The translations under genes were made by a program, and so were the position numbers. Below the pieces are notes generated by a model. That model was not told where the DNA came from and ran no database searches. It worked only from the letters and a program-made list of their open reading frames with translations. 58,353 nucleotides of DNA from Bacteriovoracaceae bacterium (GTDB lineage: Bacteria > Bdellovibrionota > Bacteriovoracia > Bacteriovoracales > Bacteriovoracaceae), in contig JABIHA010000084.1 of the NCBI GenBank assembly GCA_018649885.1, positions 124,001 through 182,353 on the forward strand, written 5' to 3'. Each line of letters starts with the position of its first letter. Position 1 is the first letter of the stretch. Positions 19,200 to 26,853 of the stretch are shown piece after piece.

Positions 19200-19746
19200 A
19201 TAGTGATCCAGCGCTGGCCACATCTAAGATCGATTTGAAGGATTTTTGGTTCTTCAGTTCTTTCAATGATACAAAGCTGATAAAAAGTGGAAAGCACGTC
19301 ACAGTGCATGTTCCACTGTAAATAATTTTTGAGGTCAAGTTTTTGGGCTTATTCCATATGTAGACTGCATTTCCCTCATTCTTTTTATAGGTATTTTGTT
19401 TTCCAAAACGGTTAATTAAAGACTGATGAAAAACATCATGTAAAAAATAAGATGGGAGTAGGGCGTAGAAATCAACAATTTCATCTTCTTTATTAACTTG
19501 GATAAATAGCGTGAACTTATATCTGGTTCTGGTTATTTTATATTTGTATACTATGTATTTTCCATTTTGGGTGTAGAGCTCTCCCTTTCCCAGTTTAGTT
19601 TTGGATAAGTCGGCATATTTCTGGCCGGGATAGAAGGGTTTTAACCCATCTAGGCTGAAGTTGTAGTTGGGAGGGTCCACTTTTGAGTAAATGGGAGCTG
19701 AAAAAAAGTAAATTAGTACACTTATTGTACAGATAAATAGACGCAA
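19189..19746 (-). CDS. Exported hypothetical protein
   Basis: N-terminal signal peptide; 185 aa. Confidence 0.7.
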   Translation of the reverse strand: MRLFICTISVLIYFFSAPIYSKVDPPNYNFSLDGLKPFYPGQKYADLSKTKLGKGELYTQNGKYIVYKYKITRTRYKFTLFIQVNKEDEIVDFYALLPSYFLHDVFHQSLINRFGKQNTYKKNEGNAVYIWNKPKNLTSKIIYSGTCTVTCFPLFISFVSLKELKNQKSFKSILDVASAGSLFNL

Positions 19747-19859
19747 TTTTGAGATTCTTAGGTGGTGAAGCTTTATATGTCCTCCGGTTGCCCAATTAAT
19801 TGGACTCCCTTAATTATCTTCAATGCAAGTGCTAGAGGGCAAGCCAGCAAAAGATTCGC

Positions 19860-19886
19860 TAATAACTTGGGTGGAAATGTCGATAA
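19860..19886 (+). promoter_or_regulatory. Possible sigma28-type promoter for mltD
   Basis: TAAT-N15-GTCGATAA. Confidence 0.4.
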
Positions 19887-19996
19887 AAAAACACGGAGAT
19901 CATTTCCGTGTTGATAACAGGTGTTAGAGTCCATAGAATGTATGAGCCAACCACAGTAGTGATACTATACAGAATCACTCTGGAGAAAGGGTCGAT

Positions 19997-21502
19997 TTGG
20001 TAAATTTTAGATTTTTCAAAGTTTTAACATTCATGGTTTTTGCCTATTCTTGTTCCTCATTTGAGGGTGGAAGCGATCAAAAAGCAAAAGAGACCAAGAC
20101 TAAAGCTCCTGCTAGCATTGTTGAAAGTGCTAAGACTGATTTCGAAAAATCCATTCATCAAAGTGATGGAGATACTAGGATTGATGGTTCCTCCACTGAA
20201 ATTACAAGAAAAAATCAAAGCTCAAAAATATATTTCTTATACGGTGCTGAACATCTGGGCCTTAAAAACTACTATTTTGATATTCCCGTTGTTTACAATG
20301 CTGCGACTAAAAAATGGATTACCTATTTTTTAGGTAGAGGAAAAGAATTTTTCATTCGTTATAGCGAGCGGGCAGGAAGATATGCTCCGATGCTGGGGAA
20401 AATTCTTGAAGATCACGGGGTTCCCAGAGATATGATCTTTTTGGCCATGGCCGAGTCAGGCTTTGTGACACATGCAAAATCCCATGCCAGTGCAGTGGGT
20501 CCTTGGCAATTTATCGCCGGAACCGGAAAAAGATATGGCTTAAAAATTAATTGGTATGTTGATGAGAGAAGAGATCCTATAAAGTCCACCATTGCTGCCA
20601 GTAAGTATCTCAAGAAATTGTACAACGACTTTGGATCATGGGAACTTGCCCATGCAGGTTATAATGCAGGCGAAGGAAAAGTTTCTCGCGCCATCAAGCG
20701 ATATAAAACAGAAAATTTCTGGAAAATTAGAAGAGGTAGATATTTTAGAAGTGAGACTAAAAACTACGTTCCCAAAATAATGGCACTAGCTATTATCGGA
20801 AAAAATTTGGAATCTTTTGGCTTCAAAGGAATCGAATTTAAAGATCCTCTTGATTTTGATGAATACAATGTGGGCGCAAATACGGACCTTATGGCATTTG
20901 CAGAGGCCACTGGCATTGACTTTGAAAAAATCCAAGAACTTAATCCTGAAATTATGAGATGGCTTACGCCGGCGACCGTGGAGAGTTACCCACTAAGACT
21001 TCCTGTGGGCTCAGCAAGCAAAGTTAAGGGTTGTTGTGAGAAGATGACCTTCAAAGCTTCTGAGTATGCCTTGTATAAAATGAAGAGTAGAAGTAGCCTA
21101 AAGGCCGTTGCTAGAAAATTTAAATTACCCATAACCATATTGACTGAACTCAATCCCATAAGGGCCGACAGAAGACTTAAGCCGGGCACTATGGTGACTC
21201 TTCCTTTTAGAAAGGGTCAAAAATTTAGATCCAAGATGTACGCTGATCTTTATGAAAAAAGAAGGCGTCGTCGTAGAAGAAGACGAAGAGGCGTGGGCTA
21301 CTATGACCGAATTCGAATTGCTAAACACAAAGGAAAGTTGATCTCCAATCCATACCAGTATTATGTGGTTAGAAAGGGAGATACTTTGTGGGATGTTTCC
21401 AGAAAAACTGGAGTTGCACTCAACACTATCATTCGCTCCAACCTCCGCCTCCTAAACGGCGGCAGAATGATCCGAGCCGGCGACCGCCTAGCCATAAAGT
21501 AA
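19997..21502 (+). CDS. mltD: MltD-like lytic transglycosylase lipoprotein with LysM domains
   Basis: Lipobox AYSC; SLT motifs AMAESG, AVGPWQFI, GYNAGEG and ETKNYVPK; C-terminal LysM YVVRKGDTLWDVS. Confidence 0.9.
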   Translation: MVNFRFFKVLTFMVFAYSCSSFEGGSDQKAKETKTKAPASIVESAKTDFEKSIHQSDGDTRIDGSSTEITRKNQSSKIYFLYGAEHLGLKNYYFDIPVVYNAATKKWITYFLGRGKEFFIRYSERAGRYAPMLGKILEDHGVPRDMIFLAMAESGFVTHAKSHASAVGPWQFIAGTGKRYGLKINWYVDERRDPIKSTIAASKYLKKLYNDFGSWELAHAGYNAGEGKVSRAIKRYKTENFWKIRRGRYFRSETKNYVPKIMALAIIGKNLESFGFKGIEFKDPLDFDEYNVGANTDLMAFAEATGIDFEKIQELNPEIMRWLTPATVESYPLRLPVGSASKVKGCCEKMTFKASEYALYKMKSRSSLKAVARKFKLPITILTELNPIRADRRLKPGTMVTLPFRKGQKFRSKMYADLYEKRRRRRRRRRRGVGYYDRIRIAKHKGKLISNPYQYYVVRKGDTLWDVSRKTGVALNTIIRSNLRLLNGGRMIRAGDRLAIK

Positions 21503-21504
21503 TG

Positions 21505-21630
21505 CTATCTGCTCACATTTTAGCTCATCTTTGGGTTCAGACTTCGTCGGCGCTCAATCAACGCACTTAAGTGCGTTTCAATCGCTTCTCCTTGCTTCAC
21601 CCAAATCTGAACTAAACTGTGAACAGCTAG
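21505..21630. repeat. 126-bp ERIC-like palindromic element
   Basis: Arms 21505-21536 and 21599-21630 are complementary at 26/32 positions; perfect central 18-bp palindrome AACGCACTTAAGTGCGTT (21560-21577); ends CTA...TAG. Confidence 0.8.
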
Positions 21631-22023
21631 GATCACTTTAACTGGTGATGAAATTTTTGGGTTAGCGCACTTCGTGCGGCTGGGGGGTGTTACTGCTTGC
21701 TTGGTTCGGAGTGGGGGGACTTTGGTATGGATGAGGTTGTAGAGGGAGGCGGCGGTGTGGTCGGCTAGGTCTAGGAGTTTTGGGGAGGTGATTTTGGCGA
21801 GGGTTAGGATGGCGATTGTTTCTTTGGTGCTGCCGTAGGCGTTGTAGAAGAATCTTCGTTGGTCTTTGTGGGTTCGTTTTCCGGTGCCTTCTGCGATGTT
21901 GAGGGCGATGCTGCTGCTGGCGCGAGAGAGTTGGGATTTCAAGTGATAGGGGATTCGAAGTTTTTGGCATTCATCGTAAAGCTCGGTAGAAAGTTTAAAT
22001 ACTCTTAGATCTTGAAGCGACAT
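21520..22023 (-). CDS. Four-helix-bundle protein (23S rRNA IVP / TIGR02436 / Avd-like fold)
   Basis: DLRVF...LKSQLSRASSSIALNIAEG.G......RFF..AYGS.KE signature; the C-terminal ~60 aa run into the palindrome. Confidence 0.9.
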   Translation of the reverse strand: MSLQDLRVFKLSTELYDECQKLRIPYHLKSQLSRASSSIALNIAEGTGKRTHKDQRRFFYNAYGSTKETIAILTLAKITSPKLLDLADHTAASLYNLIHTKVPPLRTKQAVTPPSRTKCANPKISSPVKVILAVHSLVQIWVKQGEAIETHLSALIERRRSLNPKMS

Positions 22024-22055
22024 GGTTTTTTTCTCCTCTATATATAGACAGTAAA

Positions 22056-22154
22056 ATTAGATGAGCGAAGCTCATGTAATCCCACCTAGCGCGCAGAGAG
22101 ACACAGTCAAGGGTTTAAGCGAAGCGTCCCTTTACTTTGTCGAACGAAGTGCTA
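22056..22154 (+). repeat. Two adjacent hairpins containing GCGAAGC
   Basis: ATGAGC-GAA-GCTCAT (22061-22075); longer imperfect stem TAGCGC..GACA..CAAGGG / CCCTT..TGTC..GTGCTA (22087-22154). Confidence 0.65.
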
Positions 22155-22220
22155 TTTCCCTCACCCCAGGTACCACTCCCCTTCAAACCCTCACTGCACT
22201 TGATACTTTTTATCCGTCCG

Positions 22221-22316
22221 CCGGAGCTGACTCCCGGAACCGGAACCACCAGACTGAGCAAACTACGAAGCCCCATTTCCGGCTCCGGATACCGGTCCCG
22301 GCTCCGGCAACCGGAA
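22221..22316. repeat. CCGG-core 6-7-nt tandem repeats
   Basis: CCGG at 22221, 22234, 22240, 22279, 22285, 22292, 22298, 22304 and 22311. Confidence 0.8.
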
Positions 22317-22452
22317 CACACCGCAATGACTCACGCCACCACAGTCTAATATAATTAAATACTTATCTCTCCCCCATAATCTCTTTTGACCGAAAACAAG
22401 CAAAAGTTGTATCATTTCAATCTGACTTATATTTTTATCCCGGAGAACCCGC

Positions 22453-23625
22453 TTGTCCTTTTCGATCCTGAAATCTCTCAAAAAAAATGAAGAAATATCT
22501 TATAAAAATTCTTACTACCCTTACCTAATAGTAGGATCAGAATTTTCAAGTTTTAAAATGCTAGATTTCCTAAGAGAAAACTGCGGTGATGAGTCAGTAA
22601 GGCTTCTCACAAGCCACACAGTCAATTCTGATGACCTTTGCTTTGCTGGGATGAGACCTCTTAGGGGTAAAACTAATATAGAGCTTTTTCAAAAGATAGA
22701 ACCAGGTATTCATCTTGGTGAAAAACTTTGTCAGTCTGTTTTTTACAAAGATCAAAAATTTAGAACTTTTGGTGGAAGAGCAAAACCCGCGAGCATGTTA
22801 GATAACGAAGATTTTTTTACATCAGAATCGATGCCTGTAGACATGAATCAGTTAACACCAAAAAGTTTTACTAATCCTGGTGACACAATTCATGAATGTA
22901 TTGTTAGTAAAATTATTCATAAAAACGAAAGTAATAGCGGAAAATGGCAACTTTACACCAAAAACAACGAAATACTTGAGTGTGATTATCTGGTATTCGC
23001 CGAACCATTGGCAAAATTTCTTTCACTTTTTTCAAAAACTGATTCATTAGAAAAAAAACTTATTGATGCATGTGGGGCCGCAGGGCGTAGGCGTGGTTTT
23101 GCCATTCATTTTACGGCTCCTTGGAAGATAACAGACCGCCTTGAGACTCTTTTTATTCCCCAAAGTTTAACTTATGATTGGGGTCATTTTATCGGTGAAT
23201 TTTTAGAATTTGACCAAGAAAAAGGTGTTCAGGAGTTTTCTTTTTTCTCTTTAATTGATGATGAAAATTCCTCTCCAGCTGAGCTTTCAAAAAAAATCCG
23301 AAACCTCAAGAGGAGTATTCAGAGGGTCTTTGGCGAAATTAGGGGCGAGTTCAGCAAGGACTCAAAAACGAGTTTGATAAAAGAAAAAATTGTCTTTCTC
23401 GATCAAGTTCCGAGCTATTTCGAAAACGACTGTGACTTCGATAATTTAATGTGGAAAACTTCAGATTTATTTTTTATTGGTGCTGGATCACCCATTGAAA
23501 AAAAATATTTGGAAGAAAATAATTTAGACTACAATCGAGCTGAAATATCCCACTTAGTTCGCTCAATGCTCTCCGTTTCTCAGATCACATCCAAGTTTAA
23601 TGTAGAAAAAAAACATTTTTTTTAA
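22453..23625 (+). CDS. Hypothetical protein, possibly a degenerate FAD-dependent oxidoreductase fold
   Basis: YLIVGSEFSS at the Rossmann position, ECDYLVFA, LFFIGAG; the GxGxxG motif is not intact. Confidence 0.6.
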   Translation: MSFSILKSLKKNEEISYKNSYYPYLIVGSEFSSFKMLDFLRENCGDESVRLLTSHTVNSDDLCFAGMRPLRGKTNIELFQKIEPGIHLGEKLCQSVFYKDQKFRTFGGRAKPASMLDNEDFFTSESMPVDMNQLTPKSFTNPGDTIHECIVSKIIHKNESNSGKWQLYTKNNEILECDYLVFAEPLAKFLSLFSKTDSLEKKLIDACGAAGRRRGFAIHFTAPWKITDRLETLFIPQSLTYDWGHFIGEFLEFDQEKGVQEFSFFSLIDDENSSPAELSKKIRNLKRSIQRVFGEIRGEFSKDSKTSLIKEKIVFLDQVPSYFENDCDFDNLMWKTSDLFFIGAGSPIEKKYLEENNLDYNRAEISHLVRSMLSVSQITSKFNVEKKHFF

Positions 23626-23761
23626 TTTTTTTTCGCACTTGCGGCTAGTTGAAGTTGACAAATTTTTACACTCGGCTAAAAATCATAGGTAAGTACTTTT
23701 TAAAAAAATGCAAATTTGGTGTTCCGATTAAAATAAGGCACCTCTTGAAGGAGTAGAATCT

Positions 23762-25024
23762 ATGAAAAAGCAATTAGCAATTGGTGTGGGTCTTGCGATA
23801 TTATCCACGTCAGCGTTTGCCTCAAAAGCAAGACTTGATGCTTTAGGGGAAGACTCTAGGGACGGATCTTTTTATATTCAAGATACAAGATCAGTTTTTG
23901 GAAACCCAGCTTACGTTACTAACTTTAAAGACTATGTATTAGTTGAATTAGGATCTGATGTAGCAACTGATGCTATTACTGCTCCAAATGCTGAAGGTGG
24001 ATTTTTCCGCTCTTGGGGCAACTTCTCGTACGGACTTTATCTTGGTGATGATTTTGATGCGTTTGAAAGACAAAGTGCTGGATTTGATATCACTGCCGCT
24101 GGTCAAAACGTAGCTGCAGCATCATCACCACTTGCTCCAGACAACAGATGGGAGCTTTTCTTCGGTGGAGACTCTGGGGTTCAGTGGGGAGCTAGCTTCT
24201 ACTACAACCACAGTAGTGCTGATAATGGCCCAGGTACAAGTGATACTGATGGCAACATCGTTTTAAGAAAAAACACTGCTTACGGTTTAAGTTTAGGTGC
24301 AATCGTTGGAAACATCGAAGGTTATGCTAACTTTGACATTCATGACGAATCAGAAGGTGCTACGCACAAGAATGATAAGTTTGATGCAGACCTTGGTTAT
24401 AAAGTTGGCGCGTCTTACGCAACTCATGGTTGGACATTTGCTGGTGAATATAACAAAAGAGGCTACGAGTACACTCCTGCCGATCCAAGTGGTAACGGTA
24501 CAACTGGTGGATCAGACAATTTCTCTAACAGAGACCACAGTAGAAAAGAATGGTGGTTAGCTGCTGGTAGAACAACAGAAATTAATGATAAAGCTCGTTG
24601 GTTTACTGACATCACTTTTGACAGAACTAAAGTTGAAGAAAAGTATGCAAGAGTTAACACTACTGTTGCTACAAATGACAGAATTCCTACAACTACAAAC
24701 AGACCAACTAAAACAACTACTTACTCACTTCCACTTTCGATTGCTCTTGAAGCAGATGCAACTTCTTGGTTAACTCTAAGAGGTTCTGTTGCTCAGAACA
24801 TTTATCAAACAAGTGTAAGTGCAGGATCTGTTAGAACTTCAGGAACTGGAGCGACAACAGTAGTTGCTGGTGCAACACTAAACTTCGGTCAACTTAAAGT
24901 TGATGGTATGATTGGTAACGATGCAGCTGGTGCTGGTACTGGTGCAGGTGGTGCAACCTCTACAGGTGGTACTTTAAGACTCGACTCACTTTTATCAAGA
25001 GTTGCAGTACACTACTGGTTCTAA
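23762..25024 (+). CDS. Major outer-membrane porin-like protein (Bdellovibrionota PopA-like)
   Basis: Signal peptide followed by ASKARLDALG, NPAY and WLTLRGSV; C-terminal YWF; AAGGAG RBS, codon bias of a highly expressed gene, and its own terminator. Confidence 0.8.
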   Translation: MKKQLAIGVGLAILSTSAFASKARLDALGEDSRDGSFYIQDTRSVFGNPAYVTNFKDYVLVELGSDVATDAITAPNAEGGFFRSWGNFSYGLYLGDDFDAFERQSAGFDITAAGQNVAAASSPLAPDNRWELFFGGDSGVQWGASFYYNHSSADNGPGTSDTDGNIVLRKNTAYGLSLGAIVGNIEGYANFDIHDESEGATHKNDKFDADLGYKVGASYATHGWTFAGEYNKRGYEYTPADPSGNGTTGGSDNFSNRDHSRKEWWLAAGRTTEINDKARWFTDITFDRTKVEEKYARVNTTVATNDRIPTTTNRPTKTTTYSLPLSIALEADATSWLTLRGSVAQNIYQTSVSAGSVRTSGTGATTVVAGATLNFGQLKVDGMIGNDAAGAGTGAGGATSTGGTLRLDSLLSRVAVHYWF

Positions 25025-25053
25025 TCAATTTTCAGAATTTTTTAGAAATAAAG

Positions 25054-25084
25054 AAGGCCCCCAATATTTTGGGGGCTTTTTTTT
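25054..25084 (+). terminator. Intrinsic terminator
   Basis: AAGGCCCCCAA-TATT-TTGGGGGCTTT followed by a T run. Confidence 0.85.
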
Positions 25085-25089
25085 ATATT

Positions 25090-26109
25090 TTATAGAGAAC
25101 TTAGGGACATATTTTTGATACTTAGCACATCAAAGTTGGTAGCACCTGATCCTAAATTAAAAGTTCCAGGTGAAGCAAGTGAGATCCCTGAGCTTACGCA
25201 AGAGGATACCGAAGTATTTGAGCTTAATTCCAGGCAATCTGATAAAGAAGCTAGGGTGATATCGGTTGTATCACTATGGGTTGAATCATCAATCATCTTT
25301 AATCTAGCAAGTGTACTTGCTGTATCTCCAGAAACCCCCATGGATGTTGAGTTTCCTGTATTGCCATACCTAACCAAGTAAAGTGAATAGCTTTGGCCAT
25401 TAAGGGTGTAAAAACGATTGGCAACCTTAGTGCTATCAGCGCTGCTGACCATGAAAAAATCTATGTAGACTAGATTTCCTGACATTTGAAAATATGTTTC
25501 GAAATCAAGACTGTTTGTGGAGTCAGTAAAGCGGATGTAGCCAGTTTGAATGCTGGAAGTGCACTTAAACTCAGCTGTCATGAAGTGGGTTCCATTTAGT
25601 CTCACTGTTAAATGATTATCAAAGCTCTCTGATGGATTATATGGAAAATGAGAGGGAACTGACTTCCCAACTGGAGGCGAAAATTCCATAAGGTATACAC
25701 TTCCATCTTCCTCTGTAAGTGTAGCGTTACCTGTATCAGGAATTTGAGAGCAGCTTTCAATCCCATTGCTTGTTAACCCTTCACCAAGTGCATTGGGGCC
25801 AGTTATATCGTTGATGACTCCAACGTAACCTCCTGAGGGTCCTGAAATGCTGTATCCAGTTCCAGCACCGTTGACTAGATAGTAGAGAAATCTAGAAAAA
25901 TTGGCCCTTCCGGCTTCTGTGCCAAGTTGGGAATAGAGAGTTGCTGGATCTAGTAAGGTAGTGGCGAAAGCTGGTGTTATTGGTGAAAAAGCACCTTTAG
26001 TGAAGCCTTGTTTTAATTTGACCTTGAAAGGTAAATTGGTTCTCCAACTTACAATTTTTCCAACTGTAATTATTAGACTGATAATTAAAATTCGAGAGAG
26101 TATTTTCAT
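25090..26109 (-). CDS. Exported Ser/Thr/Gly-rich hypothetical protein
   Basis: N-terminal hydrophobic segment, AGGAG RBS, 339 aa. Confidence 0.75.
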   Translation of the reverse strand: MKILSRILIISLIITVGKIVSWRTNLPFKVKLKQGFTKGAFSPITPAFATTLLDPATLYSQLGTEAGRANFSRFLYYLVNGAGTGYSISGPSGGYVGVINDITGPNALGEGLTSNGIESCSQIPDTGNATLTEEDGSVYLMEFSPPVGKSVPSHFPYNPSESFDNHLTVRLNGTHFMTAEFKCTSSIQTGYIRFTDSTNSLDFETYFQMSGNLVYIDFFMVSSADSTKVANRFYTLNGQSYSLYLVRYGNTGNSTSMGVSGDTASTLARLKMIDDSTHSDTTDITLASLSDCLELSSNTSVSSCVSSGISLASPGTFNLGSGATNFDVLSIKNMSLSSL

Positions 26110-26131
26110 TATTAATTCTCCTTATATAAAT

Positions 26132-26281
26132 TTATATGCAAGAACTTGAGCCACAACTAGCACTCAAGCTGGGAATTGGTGTAATTACCCTCGTCGCATT
26201 AGTTGAGTTGCCTCCGCAAGAGTAAACTCCAAGCACGCCCAAGAACATTAAAAGCAAAAAAACCTTGTTCAATAATTTCAT
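26132..26281 (-). CDS. Small 49-aa lipoprotein (not in the ORF track)
   Basis: MKLLNKVFLLLMFLGVLGVYSCGGNSTNATRVITPIPSLSASCGSSSCI*, with a GGAGA RBS and lipobox-like VYS-C. Confidence 0.75.
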   Translation of the reverse strand: MKLLNKVFLLLMFLGVLGVYSCGGNSTNATRVITPIPSLSASCGSSSCI

Positions 26282-26379
26282 AGAATCTCCTATTTTCTTA
26301 TTTACATAAAATTATAGGACGAATAGGCGGCTGTATGTAATATGGGAAAAAAACTCCAGAAGAGCTCTAGATATGGCTT

Positions 26380-26853
26380 TCAAACAAAATCTATTTGTCT
26401 GACACTCTCATAGGCAACAGCTGTGGCTGCATTTGATAAATTTAAGGATCTAATTTTACTTGAAAACATTGGTAGAGAGAAAAAATTTGAGGGGTAATCT
26501 GTGCTGATGTGATCAGGTAATCCACTAGTTTCAGAACCAAAAACCAAATAACAACTATTCGTGAATTTTGCATTAAAATAGGGAGTTTCTGAAAATCTTG
26601 AAAAGAAAAATAGATTTTCGGGATGCTCATTTAGAGATTCACCCGAAATGAATTGGTCAAATGAATCGTACTCAGTTAATTGAACGTGCTTCCAGTAATC
26701 AAGGCCTGCTCGTCTCACTGATTTTTGATCGAGGCTAAACCCGTAGGGTTTTATGAGGATCAATCTAATATCTAGGGCCACACAAGTGCGCCCAATAGAT
26801 CCTGTATTTCCAGGAATATCGGGCGCCACTAGTACGATGCTAAATTTTGCCAT
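26380..26853 (-). CDS. trmL: tRNA (cytidine/uridine34-2'-O)-methyltransferase
   Basis: PDIPGNTGSIGRTC, RRAGLDYW, FGSETSGLP and RSLNLSN. Confidence 0.96.
   Translation of the reverse strand: MAKFSIVLVAPDIPGNTGSIGRTCVALDIRLILIKPYGFSLDQKSVRRAGLDYWKHVQLTEYDSFDQFISGESLNEHPENLFFFSRFSETPYFNAKFTNSCYLVFGSETSGLPDHISTDYPSNFFSLPMFSSKIRSLNLSNAATAVAYESVRQIDFV

Noticed and set aside
21662..21970. 102-aa Arg/Pro/Gln-rich alternative-frame ORF
   Set aside because: By-product of T-depletion on that strand, which removes stop codons.
21520..22023. 23S rRNA intervening sequence
   Set aside because: No rRNA sequence flanks the gene; the family name is historical.
22221..22316. CRISPR array
   Set aside because: Units are 6-7 nt with no unique spacers, and no cas genes are present.
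21400..22400. Complete diversity-generating retroelement, suggested by the Avd-like fold
   Set aside because: No reverse transcriptase and no template/variable repeat pair seen in the window; the skew also involves C/T, not only adenines.
22061..22481. Short ORFs 22061-22354, 22115-22321, 22137-22349 and 22263-22481
   Set aside because: Low-complexity translations of hairpin and CCGG-repeat DNA, mutually overlapping, with no clear RBS.
26137..26153. Sigma54 promoter TGGCTCAAGTTCTTGCA on the minus strand
   Set aside because: GG-GC spacing is 11 rather than 10, and it lies inside the small lipoprotein ORF.
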